Made by a program: the position numbers and the translations under genes
In this document: one piece after another, positions 26,552-37,338 of the stretch
How positions within the stretch are numbered: the stretch's first letter is position 1
Layout: each line of letters starts with the position of its first letter
Notes under the pieces: generated by a model
Told to the model about the DNA's origin: nothing
The model's input: only the letters and a program-made list of their open reading frames with translations
Databases searched by the model: none
Source of the DNA: a virus
Virus record (IMG/VR): IMGVR_UViG_3300025168_000043
Coordinates: 1 to 64,000 of that record
Reading direction: 5' to 3' (one strand)
DNA: 64,000 bases

Positions 26552-27239
26552 ACCAAGAAAGAGAAGAGCTAAGGGTAAACAATACTTTACCAAAGAACAC
26601 GAAAATGCAATAATCAAATATGTGGCATCGACAGACCTCCGGGAGAGATCCTATCTGTATAACGAGTTTATCGGCCCTGTATTTAGCGAGATGGTAGACA
26701 AAATAGTTTATACTTATAAGTTTACCACTCTGCCAAACATCGCCGATCTGCAAAACGAATGCAAAGTGTGGCTTGTAACAATCTTACCAAAGTATAATCC
26801 AGAGAAAGCGAAAGCATTCTCTTACTTCTCGGTCATTACCAAGAACTGGTTTATTCACAAAGTTAAAAAGCAAAGTAAGAAAAGACGAACAGAACTTGAA
26901 ATAGTTGAGCAGTTACCCAAAGAAATGGAAATGAAATACCTTTCCACTGCCAATCCTTATCCCAACCGTCGCGAACACGAAGAGTTTTTCAACTTCCTTA
27001 AGAATGAGATTGATACTTGGGAACACGACAAAATGAAAGTAAACGAAGAAAAAGTCCTAAATGCCGTCCGTATTCTATTTGATAGTGCCGAAGACATAGA
27101 AATTTTTAACAAGAAAGCTATTTATTTATATATGAGAGAGATAACTGGTTTAAACACCAAGCAAGTTGTCAACAACCTTAATAAAATGCGCGTTAAATAT
27201 GCAGTCTTCCGCAAAAAATGGAATAAGGGCGAGTTATGA
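26535..27239 (+). CDS. Phage sigma factor for late transcription (T4 gp55-like)
   Basis: YFTKEHENAIIKY, region-2-like KYNPEKAKAFSYFSVITKNWF; directly upstream of structural module. Confidence 0.7.
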   Translation: MMPMPKPRKRRAKGKQYFTKEHENAIIKYVASTDLRERSYLYNEFIGPVFSEMVDKIVYTYKFTTLPNIADLQNECKVWLVTILPKYNPEKAKAFSYFSVITKNWFIHKVKKQSKKRRTELEIVEQLPKEMEMKYLSTANPYPNRREHEEFFNFLKNEIDTWEHDKMKVNEEKVLNAVRILFDSAEDIEIFNKKAIYLYMREITGLNTKQVVNNLNKMRVKYAVFRKKWNKGEL

Positions 27240-27532
27240 AAGATTTAGATCACTACCTTGAGACAGCGATTAATAACATACAAGATGACCGCGAGATCAC
27301 CAAAGAACTCTTAGACGATGTGATGCGATACCTCTCTAAGGATGAGGAGAGGCACACGCAGGTGGGCTCCGTAGCAGCTAAGTATGTGGAGACCCTGCAA
27401 CGCTCCAACGAGCAGCTAGTGAAGATCTCAGGCCTTATTCACAAGCAACAGGCTGGTGACACTGGCTTAACAGACACAGACCGCGAAGACATCTTTGAGA
27501 TGTTACAGCAGGAGACCACCGATGGAGGTTGA
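27236..27532 (+). CDS. Helical hypothetical protein
   Basis: 98 aa, ATGA-coupled to the sigma gene. Confidence 0.65.
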   Translation: MKDLDHYLETAINNIQDDREITKELLDDVMRYLSKDEERHTQVGSVAAKYVETLQRSNEQLVKISGLIHKQQAGDTGLTDTDREDIFEMLQQETTDGG

Positions 27533-28724
27533 TTACCGAAATATTCTACCGGGTCAGTTAAATCCAGATCTAACTCCGACTATTGGTACACCCATTGCAC
27601 GATCATCAAATATCATTGATGATCCAATGTCTATATATCGTAGGTCTATTAAAAATGTGTTCGCTCCAAATATATTTGATAATGTTAGTACACTTCGAGC
27701 CATAGTTTTATATGTATATCAAGCTCCGGGCCAACCAATTCTTGGTAGTATGCCACTTAAACAACGTTCAAAAGCAGATACAGCAGATGCCAATTCAGTA
27801 CATTTAGTTCAGTATGGCATTGAGGGTGGTGATGAAGTCTATATTAAGTGTATGATTCCGGAAGCACATTTACAAAATCCTAATCCATTTGAGGCAAGTG
27901 ACACAGCCGGTTTCTTAAGCATTGCGGATACCTTTTATCCTGCATATATGGCTAAAAATAAAGAAATAGGATCTGATTGCAAAGGCTTGATGCCCGGTTC
28001 AATAGTGGAAGTTAGATTTGATGACCCAAATAGGTCTATTGGATATATCTCTTCAATCGTACACAGGGCTACAAACCATATCCTTGGGGATCTCATGCTA
28101 CAAAACTCTGCCCAAGGAGCCTTTAATGGAGGTAATCCAACAACTACTCCTTTCGCCGGCATCGATCAAGATGCTGGCGCAGCGTATAATTCTGGAAGAG
28201 AGCAGCTTGCCACCGCACAAGAACTACTCGATGCATACCCACAAATATCCCCCGAACTAGCAAATAAAATAGTAGAAGTAGGTAATAATCTTGAGCCCCC
28301 GATGGACCCTGCATGGTTAGCCAATGTTATAAACTTTGAGACTGGCTATACTTTTGATGCTTCTGCCGTTAACCAAATAGGCGCGACGGGATTAATACAG
28401 TTCCTTGGTTCTACAGCTAAAAATCTTGGCACAACAACTGAAGATCTAGCTGCAATGAGTGATGTAGAACAAATGGAATTTGTTGAAAAATATTTTCAAC
28501 AAAAAATAGATCAAAACGGTCCAATAGAGAATGCAAATGACGCCTTTATGGCAGTATTTTATCCACCAGCTATGGGTAAAGGACCTAACTTCAGTATTTA
28601 TGACCACGCGGCAAGAACCAAAGGCCCGCGCTTTGCCGAAGCTATAAGAAGAAGTAACAGGGGTATTACTAGGTCAGGACAATATACTGATTTAGCTTTT
28701 AGGAAATCGAGAGTACTAAATTAA
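27522..28724 (+). CDS. Baseplate hub-associated protein with C-terminal lysozyme/lytic transglycosylase domain
   Basis: INFETG (catalytic Glu), GATGLIQF, EQMEFVEKYF, MAVFYP; N-terminal OB-like PGSIVEVRFDD. Confidence 0.72.
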   Translation: MEVDYRNILPGQLNPDLTPTIGTPIARSSNIIDDPMSIYRRSIKNVFAPNIFDNVSTLRAIVLYVYQAPGQPILGSMPLKQRSKADTADANSVHLVQYGIEGGDEVYIKCMIPEAHLQNPNPFEASDTAGFLSIADTFYPAYMAKNKEIGSDCKGLMPGSIVEVRFDDPNRSIGYISSIVHRATNHILGDLMLQNSAQGAFNGGNPTTTPFAGIDQDAGAAYNSGREQLATAQELLDAYPQISPELANKIVEVGNNLEPPMDPAWLANVINFETGYTFDASAVNQIGATGLIQFLGSTAKNLGTTTEDLAAMSDVEQMEFVEKYFQQKIDQNGPIENANDAFMAVFYPPAMGKGPNFSIYDHAARTKGPRFAEAIRRSNRGITRSGQYTDLAFRKSRVLN

Positions 28725-29750
28725 ATGGCAAAAGATAAAAAAATAAATAAGAAAAATAAGAAACTGAGCCCATTTGACGGAAAACTGAGCCCTAAAGATG
28801 GAGCAGGGTTCGACAATACGGTTTTAAAAGAAAAGCAGCCAAATTATGTGTTAGCGGAATGCGAAAAACAATACCCACCAACTGTATTAAATAATGCTAG
28901 GGTTGTATTCGGCCGCGACAGAAATTCTTCAATCAGTTCAGGATATGGTGGAAAAGGACATACTAGGTCCGGCGCTATTGATTTAGTGGTTGGACTTCAA
29001 GGCTGGTCACCGGGTGAAAATTATAAAGAGATTAAGAAGACCGGTGAAGAAAAAATGGGTTTTGCTGATAAAAGCTTTGGCTCGATGAATAATGGCCAAC
29101 CCGGAGACGCTGCAAGAATTTATATATCTCAACGTGCTGATATCGATAAGTATTTTGATATATGTGATGGTAATGTTGGGCAATCAATAGCAGATTCTGC
29201 TATTGGTATGAAGGCAGACTCTATTAGGATTATGGCTAGAAAAGGCATTAAGATTGTTACCGGAAAGAATCCACCCGGTAGAAACTCTTTAGATGGTAAG
29301 CTAAACGAGACTTACGGTATTGACCTTATCGCCGGGAACCGTGATTTCAGCACGGGTCTAGAAAACACCGTAACTAAAATCTTAAATCTAAAACAGTTTA
29401 GACCTCACCCTCTACAACCTATCCCAAAAGGAGACAATCTAGTACACTTTTTAGACATATTGTCAGATAATATATTACTTCTCAACTCTGTTATTGCTGG
29501 ATTATTAATGATTGTTCCTCTTTTGTCAAGCGCAACACTCTCGCCAAAATTGGGCATAGGCCCAACAGGTCCAATATCTACTTTTCCGGGCCTCACGGAT
29601 CTATCCAGTGTTGGAGCTTATTTGTCTCTTATTAATAAACAAATGACAAAACTAATATCACAGCAACAAAATATGATATCTGAAAAAGTTAACTGCTTAG
29701 AGCACGGCGGCAAATATTATATCAATAGCCGACACAATAGGACCAACTAA
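28725..29750 (+). CDS. Probable baseplate/spike-region structural protein
   Basis: Beta-rich DAARIYISQ, IGMKADSIRIMARKGIKIVT; position after the lysin-hub gene. Confidence 0.5.
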   Translation: MAKDKKINKKNKKLSPFDGKLSPKDGAGFDNTVLKEKQPNYVLAECEKQYPPTVLNNARVVFGRDRNSSISSGYGGKGHTRSGAIDLVVGLQGWSPGENYKEIKKTGEEKMGFADKSFGSMNNGQPGDAARIYISQRADIDKYFDICDGNVGQSIADSAIGMKADSIRIMARKGIKIVTGKNPPGRNSLDGKLNETYGIDLIAGNRDFSTGLENTVTKILNLKQFRPHPLQPIPKGDNLVHFLDILSDNILLLNSVIAGLLMIVPLLSSATLSPKLGIGPTGPISTFPGLTDLSSVGAYLSLINKQMTKLISQQQNMISEKVNCLEHGGKYYINSRHNRTN

Positions 29751-29752
29751 AA

Positions 29753-32700
29753 ATGTCAAAGATTAGAAGAGAAGACGGCAAAAGCAGTATAGAAGAATAT
29801 ACTGGTGCGGAAACTGAAGAAGGTTTTGAGTCTGGATCCCGTCGTGGAAGAGACCGGGACAGAGATGGAGAAGATACTGGCTCTTATCTTGATTCTAACC
29901 AGAACCCATCCTCTCCAGATGACGAGTCAGAAGGCAAAGACACGTCTGATGGTTCTTTACTAGAAGATTATGTTGATCTTTATGACCCAATAGACGAAAG
30001 TTTTAAATTTCTTGAATGTGATCCAGTCGAACAAGTGGATGACAAGCCACCTTGCCCTGTGTGTCGTCCCAATCCGTATGCTTATGTTCCTGATTACCGT
30101 ATGATGGAAAATGGTGATGTATTTTTCAATGGCAAGAACTGCACCCAAAACATAGTGTTAGTCTTTGATGCACCTGCCAATAGCATTATTGGTGCTCCAC
30201 CAAGTTTTGGGGCTGAGTCTATGGTCGCCGCTAGCTTAAGACCGGAGACAACGGACAAGATTGAATCAACAGGCCCGACCGTTTCGGAACTAAAAAGCCC
30301 AAACTTTAAGAAAGATAAAAAACAAGTTGGTATTGGAAAGCTCCTAGATTACTTTAACAAATCCAGAGAGGCAACAGCTTTTATTTATCGAGCTAAACCA
30401 GCAAAAGATAGAGTGTTGGCTGGAACTACTGCTGCTCTTGGCACAGGTGGCACAGCAGCGGCAATAGCTTTAGCAGCCACAAACCCAGTTACCTTAGCTC
30501 TTCTGGTCGGCGCCACGGCCGCAGTCACGCTTGGCCTTGGGTACGCAGCATTATTACCTAAGAAGAAAGGTTATGATCTATCAACAGAAGAAATAAATAT
30601 CCCAAAAGAGTTGATGAAATATGCAACATATGAATATCATATTCCCTTACAACTTAAAGCAAGAACAAGAGTTTTAATATCGATTCCCGTAGAACAGTTT
30701 AACCGCGCGCCAGACAGACTTGTTTCGGAACCAGAAACGGAGTTTGAAGACAAACTAGAAGTCACATTTATGGGCAACGATATTAATGGTATGATAAAGA
30801 GAGCAGTATCCTCCTTTAGGGTTTACGATAATGAGCTTAAGAGGTGGCGAGGGTTTGAAGGTGGTAAGCTTGTCGAGGCTGATAGTGGTAGAACAAGCGC
30901 CTTTAGTTTAGCTTCTGAGGGTGATAAACTTATTACATTTAAACATGAACTTGATAAATTAATGGAAGATCTTGGCTTTTCTTTGGATCCATTCAAACCG
31001 GGGAAAAGACCGGAAAAAATACTTATTAAGTTTAAGTTTGAAAATGAAAAATACTCTATTCGACAAATACACGTTAATCTACCGGGTTGCCCTGTTGTTA
31101 AAGTTGGCCCCCGAGGTAAATTTAAAAACCTATATGAGAAATATACTAAAAAGTCTCCACTTGGTCGCTCTAGAACGTTATATTATATTGGCGCATTACC
31201 AGAGTTAGATATCGCATTAACCGCACGAACACCAATGCCTTGGCTTGAGGTTACAACCAAATTTACATATCCCCCTCTTGAAATACAGAATGGTATCAAC
31301 TCAAATACAATGTTTAATGATCCAACTATGTTGGGTTGTTTGATTAACTCAAATTTTGCAGATGAAAGAGTAGATGATTTTTTCAATGATGTGACTGGTG
31401 TTCTTGACGGTTTTGATGATCTGTTCTTGGCAAAATTAGGTGAGTTTAGCTGTAAGACTCGCGACCAACTTCAAGATGATTTAAATGTATTACAAGAATT
31501 TGATAATGTGTTTACGGCACAGAGTAAGCGAGTTCTAGCACAACTTCGCAATGAATTACGAGCAGATGATCCATACCTAGACATTGTTATACAGGAGATG
31601 TTCCCAGCAAACACTGCTTGGGGAGAACTTAGTCCCCAACAACAGGCAGTAGAGATTAAAGAACATGGCTCCTTGAAGGCCGCGAAAGAATCAAATGCTC
31701 CAGAAGATGTGCAAGAAAAGTTTTTTGTTAGACTAAATGATAGGCTTGGTCATTGTGGTTGGATCGCTTTGACAATGAGAGCTATTGATTGTGTTGCACA
31801 AGGTATAGTTGGTGACGACGCGACAAAACTACTTGCGGAAGCGGCTTTCAACTCTATGGAAGACGCCGCATTAACAAGATCTTTCTTGGGCCTTTCACCA
31901 GAGGCTCAACAGAAAGTTGTTGATTCCATGCGAAATAACTTTGGTGATATGCCAGCACCTTGGGATACTGACTACCAGCCCGGAAACTACACAGGTGCAG
32001 GTTTCTCAGTTAGTCCACTAAACGCCGAACAGAAAAAGTTTGCTCGTGAAGAAGGAGGCTCGGAGGCTGTTAAGGAAGCTAGACAAAAAGCAAGAGAAGA
32101 TGCCGATAAACCAGCCAAGCCAAATAGTCAGAAGGGCTCAGGTGGCACATATGGCAGAGCTTTGGGCGGTGTTCAAAAGGAAGCTTATGACGCACTTAAG
32201 CAGTCCATGTTTGATGCTCTTGGCGCCGAAGAATTACTAGAGGCTGCAAATCAACTTCCCGGCGCTCCAATCATATCACAAATACTTAAGAGGGTGGCTT
32301 GTAGGCAAACTCCACTTATTTATAGTGAGCCAAAACTGGATTCGTTCTTGAGCACCGTAGAATTTGATTTCTGTGCATGGGATTCTGACATGACGTTCCC
32401 AGAATTTGGCATACTCAATATCCCTGACCTTTTTGCGATACTTTTAAAAGCTTTAAAAGAAGCCATTATTGAGACTGCTGTAGCTATCGCGATGCAAGTA
32501 GTTAAATTAATTTTAGAAAAGATCTTTTCTCTTGCTTGTGATGCTTTAGCACTCCTCGGCGCTAACTTGCTCGACCTCACTAACGGAAACAATCACTTTA
32601 GGGACTTGCTAAAAGATAATCTTTGTCCTGACGCGTCCCAAGAGGATATGAATGAAACAATCAAAAATTTGTTTGATGCATTGGGTGACCCAGATCAAGA

Positions 32701-35700
32701 CTGCCTTGAGCGTCTAACAAATGATGAAATGGGAGACTTTATTGATGATATCTCTCTGATGCTGACACAAGGTCAAATATGTCAACTGTTAAGGGGCAAC
32801 CCAAGCGACGAAACAATGAAGATGGCAATGGAGCTTGCACAAACATCAGACTCGGAGTGTATTAGGGATATATTCTCAGATCCCAACGCGTTCAGAGATT
32901 TCTTTAGGTCACTCGCGCCATTTATCCCCAACTTAAATGAGTTATGTGATAACTTGCTGCCAAACGCTAGCGACTTAGACGTTTATCCTTGTGCTCCCGG
33001 TACTGCTGACAAGATTGAAGAGTTCAGGTGTGACCTCTTGCAACAAAAGGGACTTACTAAAGAAGAGTGTAGAGATATTCTTGATGACCTTAAAGACAAG
33101 GCTCTAATGGATTTGGCAGATCTAGCCGATGTGATGCAAAATGGGCCGTTTGGAAACACACCACCAATGAGTTCCGACGAGGACTGCCCAGCCGCAGGTT
33201 TCTTCCCAACAGAACATCCACTTCAAAAGGCTCTTAACAATAATATTTCTAAATCAATGATGGAAACCATTGAAAAAGCTCACCTAAGAGACTTGTGGGG
33301 TAATATTAATAAAGGCACAGGCCAAGGTGGCTTCTTAAATGCTGTCTTATCTGATACTTTAGGCCGTCCCTATAAACAGCATAACTGGTATGTTGAGCAT
33401 CTTGGTGCCCCGCTGGCAGCAGATTTTGGTTTCTTTGATTATCATTGTGATAATGCGATTATGAAACCCCAAGAGGGTAAGGTTGATGGTAACGCAAACA
33501 AGCCTATAAATGTATTTGGTGAAGTACTGGATGGTCCGGAAGGTGGCAAGTCTGGAAGGCAATCTTTCGGCGCTGGATATTCTAATGGTGGCTATCCTCC
33601 AACCGTCGCGGCCCATCTTTCCAAGAAGTTTAAAAGTATGCACAAAAACATGACGTTTAGCACCACAACTAAACCTCCGGGCTTTCCTAACATGGCATCA
33701 GCTATAGAGGAATTTGAAAGAGTTCAAAGAGTTAATGAAAAACGCATTGATGAGCGTAGCAAATATATCGAAGCTTGGATTAGAGAGAATGATATTGAAG
33801 ATAGATCTCAATCTAAGAGGTCTGTTCTCGCTCAAGATCTTCGTTCGGGTATTGCTAAAAAGATATTCTTCGAGGAGTTTGCTGGTGATGAAGATACCGC
33901 CGGAGGCCTCAAACTAGCTAGAAAGGTGAATCCTAAAAACTCGGCTGCCGACTTGGCCCGAGAGGTCTTGTTAGGTAAGCAAGTTTTAGGTGGTGTCGGT
34001 AAACCGGGCGAAAAAGGAGTCCCCTCACGGTCAGGAACAAAAGGCAAACTATTCCTTGATGAATATGGCGGGAAACATAAGTTACTACCTCTCCCGGACA
34101 CATCCTCTGCTGATGTTGTATTAAAATACGGAGCATATCCAACAGATCCTGAAGATAATCAGTCGCCATATCAGTTTACTATTGAATACGATTACAACTT
34201 GTTCGATCAGGAAACACAGCGTATAATTGATGATAACAGATACAAAGTTAAAGTTACCGAAACATACAAAACTGGCAAACCTTCTGGCAAGACTAAGAAG
34301 GAGTTACGCCAACTTGGTAATCAACAACTAACAACATCAATTTACCAACCGGGCGCCTCGGGTTATTCTTTCCCTAGATATGAATTTGAAGTTGTGTCCA
34401 ACCCACCGGGCGACATAGCTGATTTCTTAGATGGTTTGACCGAAGCAACACCGGGTGAACCGTTAACAAGGCCAACTGCGGATCCACTGGGTGATTCTTT
34501 TGAGACTGAGGCATTATATAACTTCTTTAGAAGTCAGCTAACTGACATTTCGGAGGACCAACGCACAGCAGTTAGAGTTATGGACAGAGGGGCATTTAGA
34601 AACTATTTTGCTAAAAAAGAAGATCTCTTTGACCCGCTGGATTTCCCAGACCCGATAAAAAGATTAAATCTATTTGATCAACTCTCAACAGGATTCATAG
34701 AAAGAATCTCCACACTTGTATCAACTGGGAACCCAAATGACGGATACAAGAGCAGAGACGATGACGATCTTAGTAAAATAGAAAAGAAAATCTCGGAGAA
34801 GATGAGCCTTGACAATATCTCCAGAGCTTTCCAGTTTGGGTACAACCCAGATCGACAGGCTAGGATTATTGAACTTGATCCATTAAAGTTTGGTGGCCCA
34901 AGGGCTCAGGCAAACCCTGATTTAGTTCCTCCTCCGTTTTATGTAAAGGAGAGAAGATTCAAAGGCTGGTTAGACTTATGCGACACACTAGTTCCTGAAG
35001 TATCAGGCTGCGAACCAGAATCTAAAGCCATATATAACTTAGAGGATTTGTCAGATCTCATAAGTTCGCTAGAATCTGAGCTAACAGCAGATCCAAGATT
35101 ACAAAATGATCCGCTCTGTTCTCAAGAAGCGCCATACGATAAGATTCTTAGTTCTTTTGACGCTGCCAACCTTGAAGCCTCCATGAGGGCAATCATAAGA
35201 ATATACACTTTGGACGTGTTCTTAAGAACGATACCAGTCTTCACAGCATTCGCATTAACAAAAGATAACTATGATGACCTAATGTTGACGTTTGTTGTTG
35301 AAAGAATGAAGCAAGGTCTTGTCGTTGATGGTGCCAAGAGAACAGGTGCAGCAGACAATACTTACTACTACAGGTTCTTAGAGCAAGCGGTTAACAACAC
35401 TAAAAGAAAACTAGACGCTGGAATATTAACTGCTGAAGACTTAACTGATGAAGAAAACGCTGCTTTTGATAGGATAGCGAATGAAATAATGGCTTATTAT
35501 GATGAGTTCGACGGAGAACTTGAGTGTTTATCAGATGCTGCCATCAAAGGCAAAGGTATTTTTGATGGATTTTTCTCTACTTCCGCTGCTGCCTCTGCGG
35601 TTGGTATTGGCGCAGGAAGTAACAGGTTTAATAAGGGAGTTGCTAAAAATGCAAAAGACAGGGCATTTAAAGATTTTGTTGGCCGCACCGAAAAAGACGC

Positions 35701-36808
35701 GCTCCTGTTCTTAAGAAGGTACGTTAGAGAAGAATTTACATTTTTAAGGGATAAGCTGTCAAATGCAATCCCGCCAGTGGTCAATAATGTTAATAATCTC
35801 ATGGCTCTTAGTCCTGATTGGGTTCGTGGTGCTGTAGATGCCGAGGGTCCTTATAATGTTATGGGCGATGTAAATGATCCAACCGATTATGTGATAGAGG
35901 CTGGTCCGGTCCGGCGAGGATCTAATGATTCGGTGAGCTTTGTTACAAATAATTACTGGCCATTTGTGCTGGAAAAATATATTAGAATACAAGAAAAAGA
36001 AGCCCCCGGATCTGACGTGGATAGATCTTCAAATCTTTACGACATTGTAAATATAGATGACTGGGAAGCATATGTTAAAAATGTGGCCTCTAGAGGAATA
36101 GAGGGTAATATATCTGACTTGTGGGAAGGATGGAGTTTTGGACTGCGACTAAGCTACCTTGTTGCTAAGGAGGACAACGCCGCATTTGAAGAGGTCATGA
36201 ACACAATACCAGAGTCTGTTTCCAGAGAAAATAAGGCATTTAATGTCGTCGATCGCGCAGGAGAAACCAGATACCTTATACCTGTTGCATCCGGAGAGCT
36301 TCCAATACCAGATCAAAAATACGATTTGTTTAAGGCTGATTCTTATGATGTTTATTGTTTGATTCCTGAGATGCAAAAAACTCCTGAGTTCCGAACAATG
36401 TTTAAATATATTTTCCCGTTGCCTCGTTTTATTTCTTTGATCGCGATGTACTCAACAATGGGTTTTACATCATCAATAGGCAACACCGGCTATCCAAACG
36501 AAGGTGGGGACGTATGGGAATATCCGGGCGGAAAACCTCACAAGAAATTTAGAAAGTGGAACCATAGCCCACAGAAAGCTTTTCAAAGGTCCCGTCAGGC
36601 TGCAAGAAGAGTATTCGAAAGTTTCTATGAAGCAGCACAAGCTCTTGATTTTGATATGTCTTCCGATAGGGATCCAAAGAATAGTGCCGATTCTTTAAGA
36701 AACTCAATCCGACCAAAGGTTAACTTTGAAGATGGGCTTCGTTGGTGGGAAAGGGGCCTTAGAGTTACAGGTAATCCATATAACGATGACGGCGACTTGT
36801 GCGACTAA
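29753..36808 (+). CDS. Giant virion-associated protein (2351 aa)
   Basis: Uninterrupted ORF between hub and gp25 genes; helical, Cys-containing, with a hydrophobic segment. Confidence 0.6.
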   Translation: MSKIRREDGKSSIEEYTGAETEEGFESGSRRGRDRDRDGEDTGSYLDSNQNPSSPDDESEGKDTSDGSLLEDYVDLYDPIDESFKFLECDPVEQVDDKPPCPVCRPNPYAYVPDYRMMENGDVFFNGKNCTQNIVLVFDAPANSIIGAPPSFGAESMVAASLRPETTDKIESTGPTVSELKSPNFKKDKKQVGIGKLLDYFNKSREATAFIYRAKPAKDRVLAGTTAALGTGGTAAAIALAATNPVTLALLVGATAAVTLGLGYAALLPKKKGYDLSTEEINIPKELMKYATYEYHIPLQLKARTRVLISIPVEQFNRAPDRLVSEPETEFEDKLEVTFMGNDINGMIKRAVSSFRVYDNELKRWRGFEGGKLVEADSGRTSAFSLASEGDKLITFKHELDKLMEDLGFSLDPFKPGKRPEKILIKFKFENEKYSIRQIHVNLPGCPVVKVGPRGKFKNLYEKYTKKSPLGRSRTLYYIGALPELDIALTARTPMPWLEVTTKFTYPPLEIQNGINSNTMFNDPTMLGCLINSNFADERVDDFFNDVTGVLDGFDDLFLAKLGEFSCKTRDQLQDDLNVLQEFDNVFTAQSKRVLAQLRNELRADDPYLDIVIQEMFPANTAWGELSPQQQAVEIKEHGSLKAAKESNAPEDVQEKFFVRLNDRLGHCGWIALTMRAIDCVAQGIVGDDATKLLAEAAFNSMEDAALTRSFLGLSPEAQQKVVDSMRNNFGDMPAPWDTDYQPGNYTGAGFSVSPLNAEQKKFAREEGGSEAVKEARQKAREDADKPAKPNSQKGSGGTYGRALGGVQKEAYDALKQSMFDALGAEELLEAANQLPGAPIISQILKRVACRQTPLIYSEPKLDSFLSTVEFDFCAWDSDMTFPEFGILNIPDLFAILLKALKEAIIETAVAIAMQVVKLILEKIFSLACDALALLGANLLDLTNGNNHFRDLLKDNLCPDASQEDMNETIKNLFDALGDPDQDCLERLTNDEMGDFIDDISLMLTQGQICQLLRGNPSDETMKMAMELAQTSDSECIRDIFSDPNAFRDFFRSLAPFIPNLNELCDNLLPNASDLDVYPCAPGTADKIEEFRCDLLQQKGLTKEECRDILDDLKDKALMDLADLADVMQNGPFGNTPPMSSDEDCPAAGFFPTEHPLQKALNNNISKSMMETIEKAHLRDLWGNINKGTGQGGFLNAVLSDTLGRPYKQHNWYVEHLGAPLAADFGFFDYHCDNAIMKPQEGKVDGNANKPINVFGEVLDGPEGGKSGRQSFGAGYSNGGYPPTVAAHLSKKFKSMHKNMTFSTTTKPPGFPNMASAIEEFERVQRVNEKRIDERSKYIEAWIRENDIEDRSQSKRSVLAQDLRSGIAKKIFFEEFAGDEDTAGGLKLARKVNPKNSAADLAREVLLGKQVLGGVGKPGEKGVPSRSGTKGKLFLDEYGGKHKLLPLPDTSSADVVLKYGAYPTDPEDNQSPYQFTIEYDYNLFDQETQRIIDDNRYKVKVTETYKTGKPSGKTKKELRQLGNQQLTTSIYQPGASGYSFPRYEFEVVSNPPGDIADFLDGLTEATPGEPLTRPTADPLGDSFETEALYNFFRSQLTDISEDQRTAVRVMDRGAFRNYFAKKEDLFDPLDFPDPIKRLNLFDQLSTGFIERISTLVSTGNPNDGYKSRDDDDLSKIEKKISEKMSLDNISRAFQFGYNPDRQARIIELDPLKFGGPRAQANPDLVPPPFYVKERRFKGWLDLCDTLVPEVSGCEPESKAIYNLEDLSDLISSLESELTADPRLQNDPLCSQEAPYDKILSSFDAANLEASMRAIIRIYTLDVFLRTIPVFTAFALTKDNYDDLMLTFVVERMKQGLVVDGAKRTGAADNTYYYRFLEQAVNNTKRKLDAGILTAEDLTDEENAAFDRIANEIMAYYDEFDGELECLSDAAIKGKGIFDGFFSTSAAASAVGIGAGSNRFNKGVAKNAKDRAFKDFVGRTEKDALLFLRRYVREEFTFLRDKLSNAIPPVVNNVNNLMALSPDWVRGAVDAEGPYNVMGDVNDPTDYVIEAGPVRRGSNDSVSFVTNNYWPFVLEKYIRIQEKEAPGSDVDRSSNLYDIVNIDDWEAYVKNVASRGIEGNISDLWEGWSFGLRLSYLVAKEDNAAFEEVMNTIPESVSRENKAFNVVDRAGETRYLIPVASGELPIPDQKYDLFKADSYDVYCLIPEMQKTPEFRTMFKYIFPLPRFISLIAMYSTMGFTSSIGNTGYPNEGGDVWEYPGGKPHKKFRKWNHSPQKAFQRSRQAARRVFESFYEAAQALDFDMSSDRDPKNSADSLRNSIRPKVNFEDGLRWWERGLRVTGNPYNDDGDLCD

Positions 36809-36835
36809 CTATATATTAATGTGGAGGAATAAATA

Positions 36836-37285
36836 ATGGCTCAAGGTTTAGCAATAGCTCTACCACTTACAGTAGATACGGTGGATGGACCATATACATT
36901 ACATAAAAATTTAACTGATATGGCATCGCAAAACTTAAAAATGGTCATATTAACCTCCCCCGGCGAGAGAATAATGATCCCAGAGTTTGGAGTTGGCATC
37001 AGAAACTTCCTCTTTGAACCAAATAATAACGATACAAGAGAAAGAATCAGAAACAGAATCCAAGTTCAAGTTGAAAAATACTTGCCATATATTGAGTTAG
37101 TGAGTCTTGAATTGTATAAACCACAAACCGCAATAGTCGGTGAGACAGACGACAACGGCTTAGTCATAAGAATAAAATACTCGATACCAGCCGCAAACGT
37201 TGTTTCAGAATTGACCATCGATGCGGGCTCCGGAGCCTCCACATCTACTAGTGGCGGTTCTGGTGGATCTGGCGGCGGCTATTAA
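36836..37285 (+). CDS. Baseplate wedge subunit, gp25/GPW family
   Basis: QNLKMVILTSPGERIMIPEFGVGIRNFLFE, YLPYI. Confidence 0.9.
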   Translation: MAQGLAIALPLTVDTVDGPYTLHKNLTDMASQNLKMVILTSPGERIMIPEFGVGIRNFLFEPNNNDTRERIRNRIQVQVEKYLPYIELVSLELYKPQTAIVGETDDNGLVIRIKYSIPAANVVSELTIDAGSGASTSTSGGSGGSGGGY

Positions 37286-37338
37286 TCTATGTGTTTAAAT
37301 GTTTGTTTGAATACTATTTAAAGAGGGAGAAACATTAG

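Noticed and set aside
28761-28792. Direct repeat AAACTGAGCCC with 21-nt period
   Set aside because: Only two copies, in frame (KLSPFDG/KLSPKDG); a small coding duplication, not a CRISPR or regulatory array.
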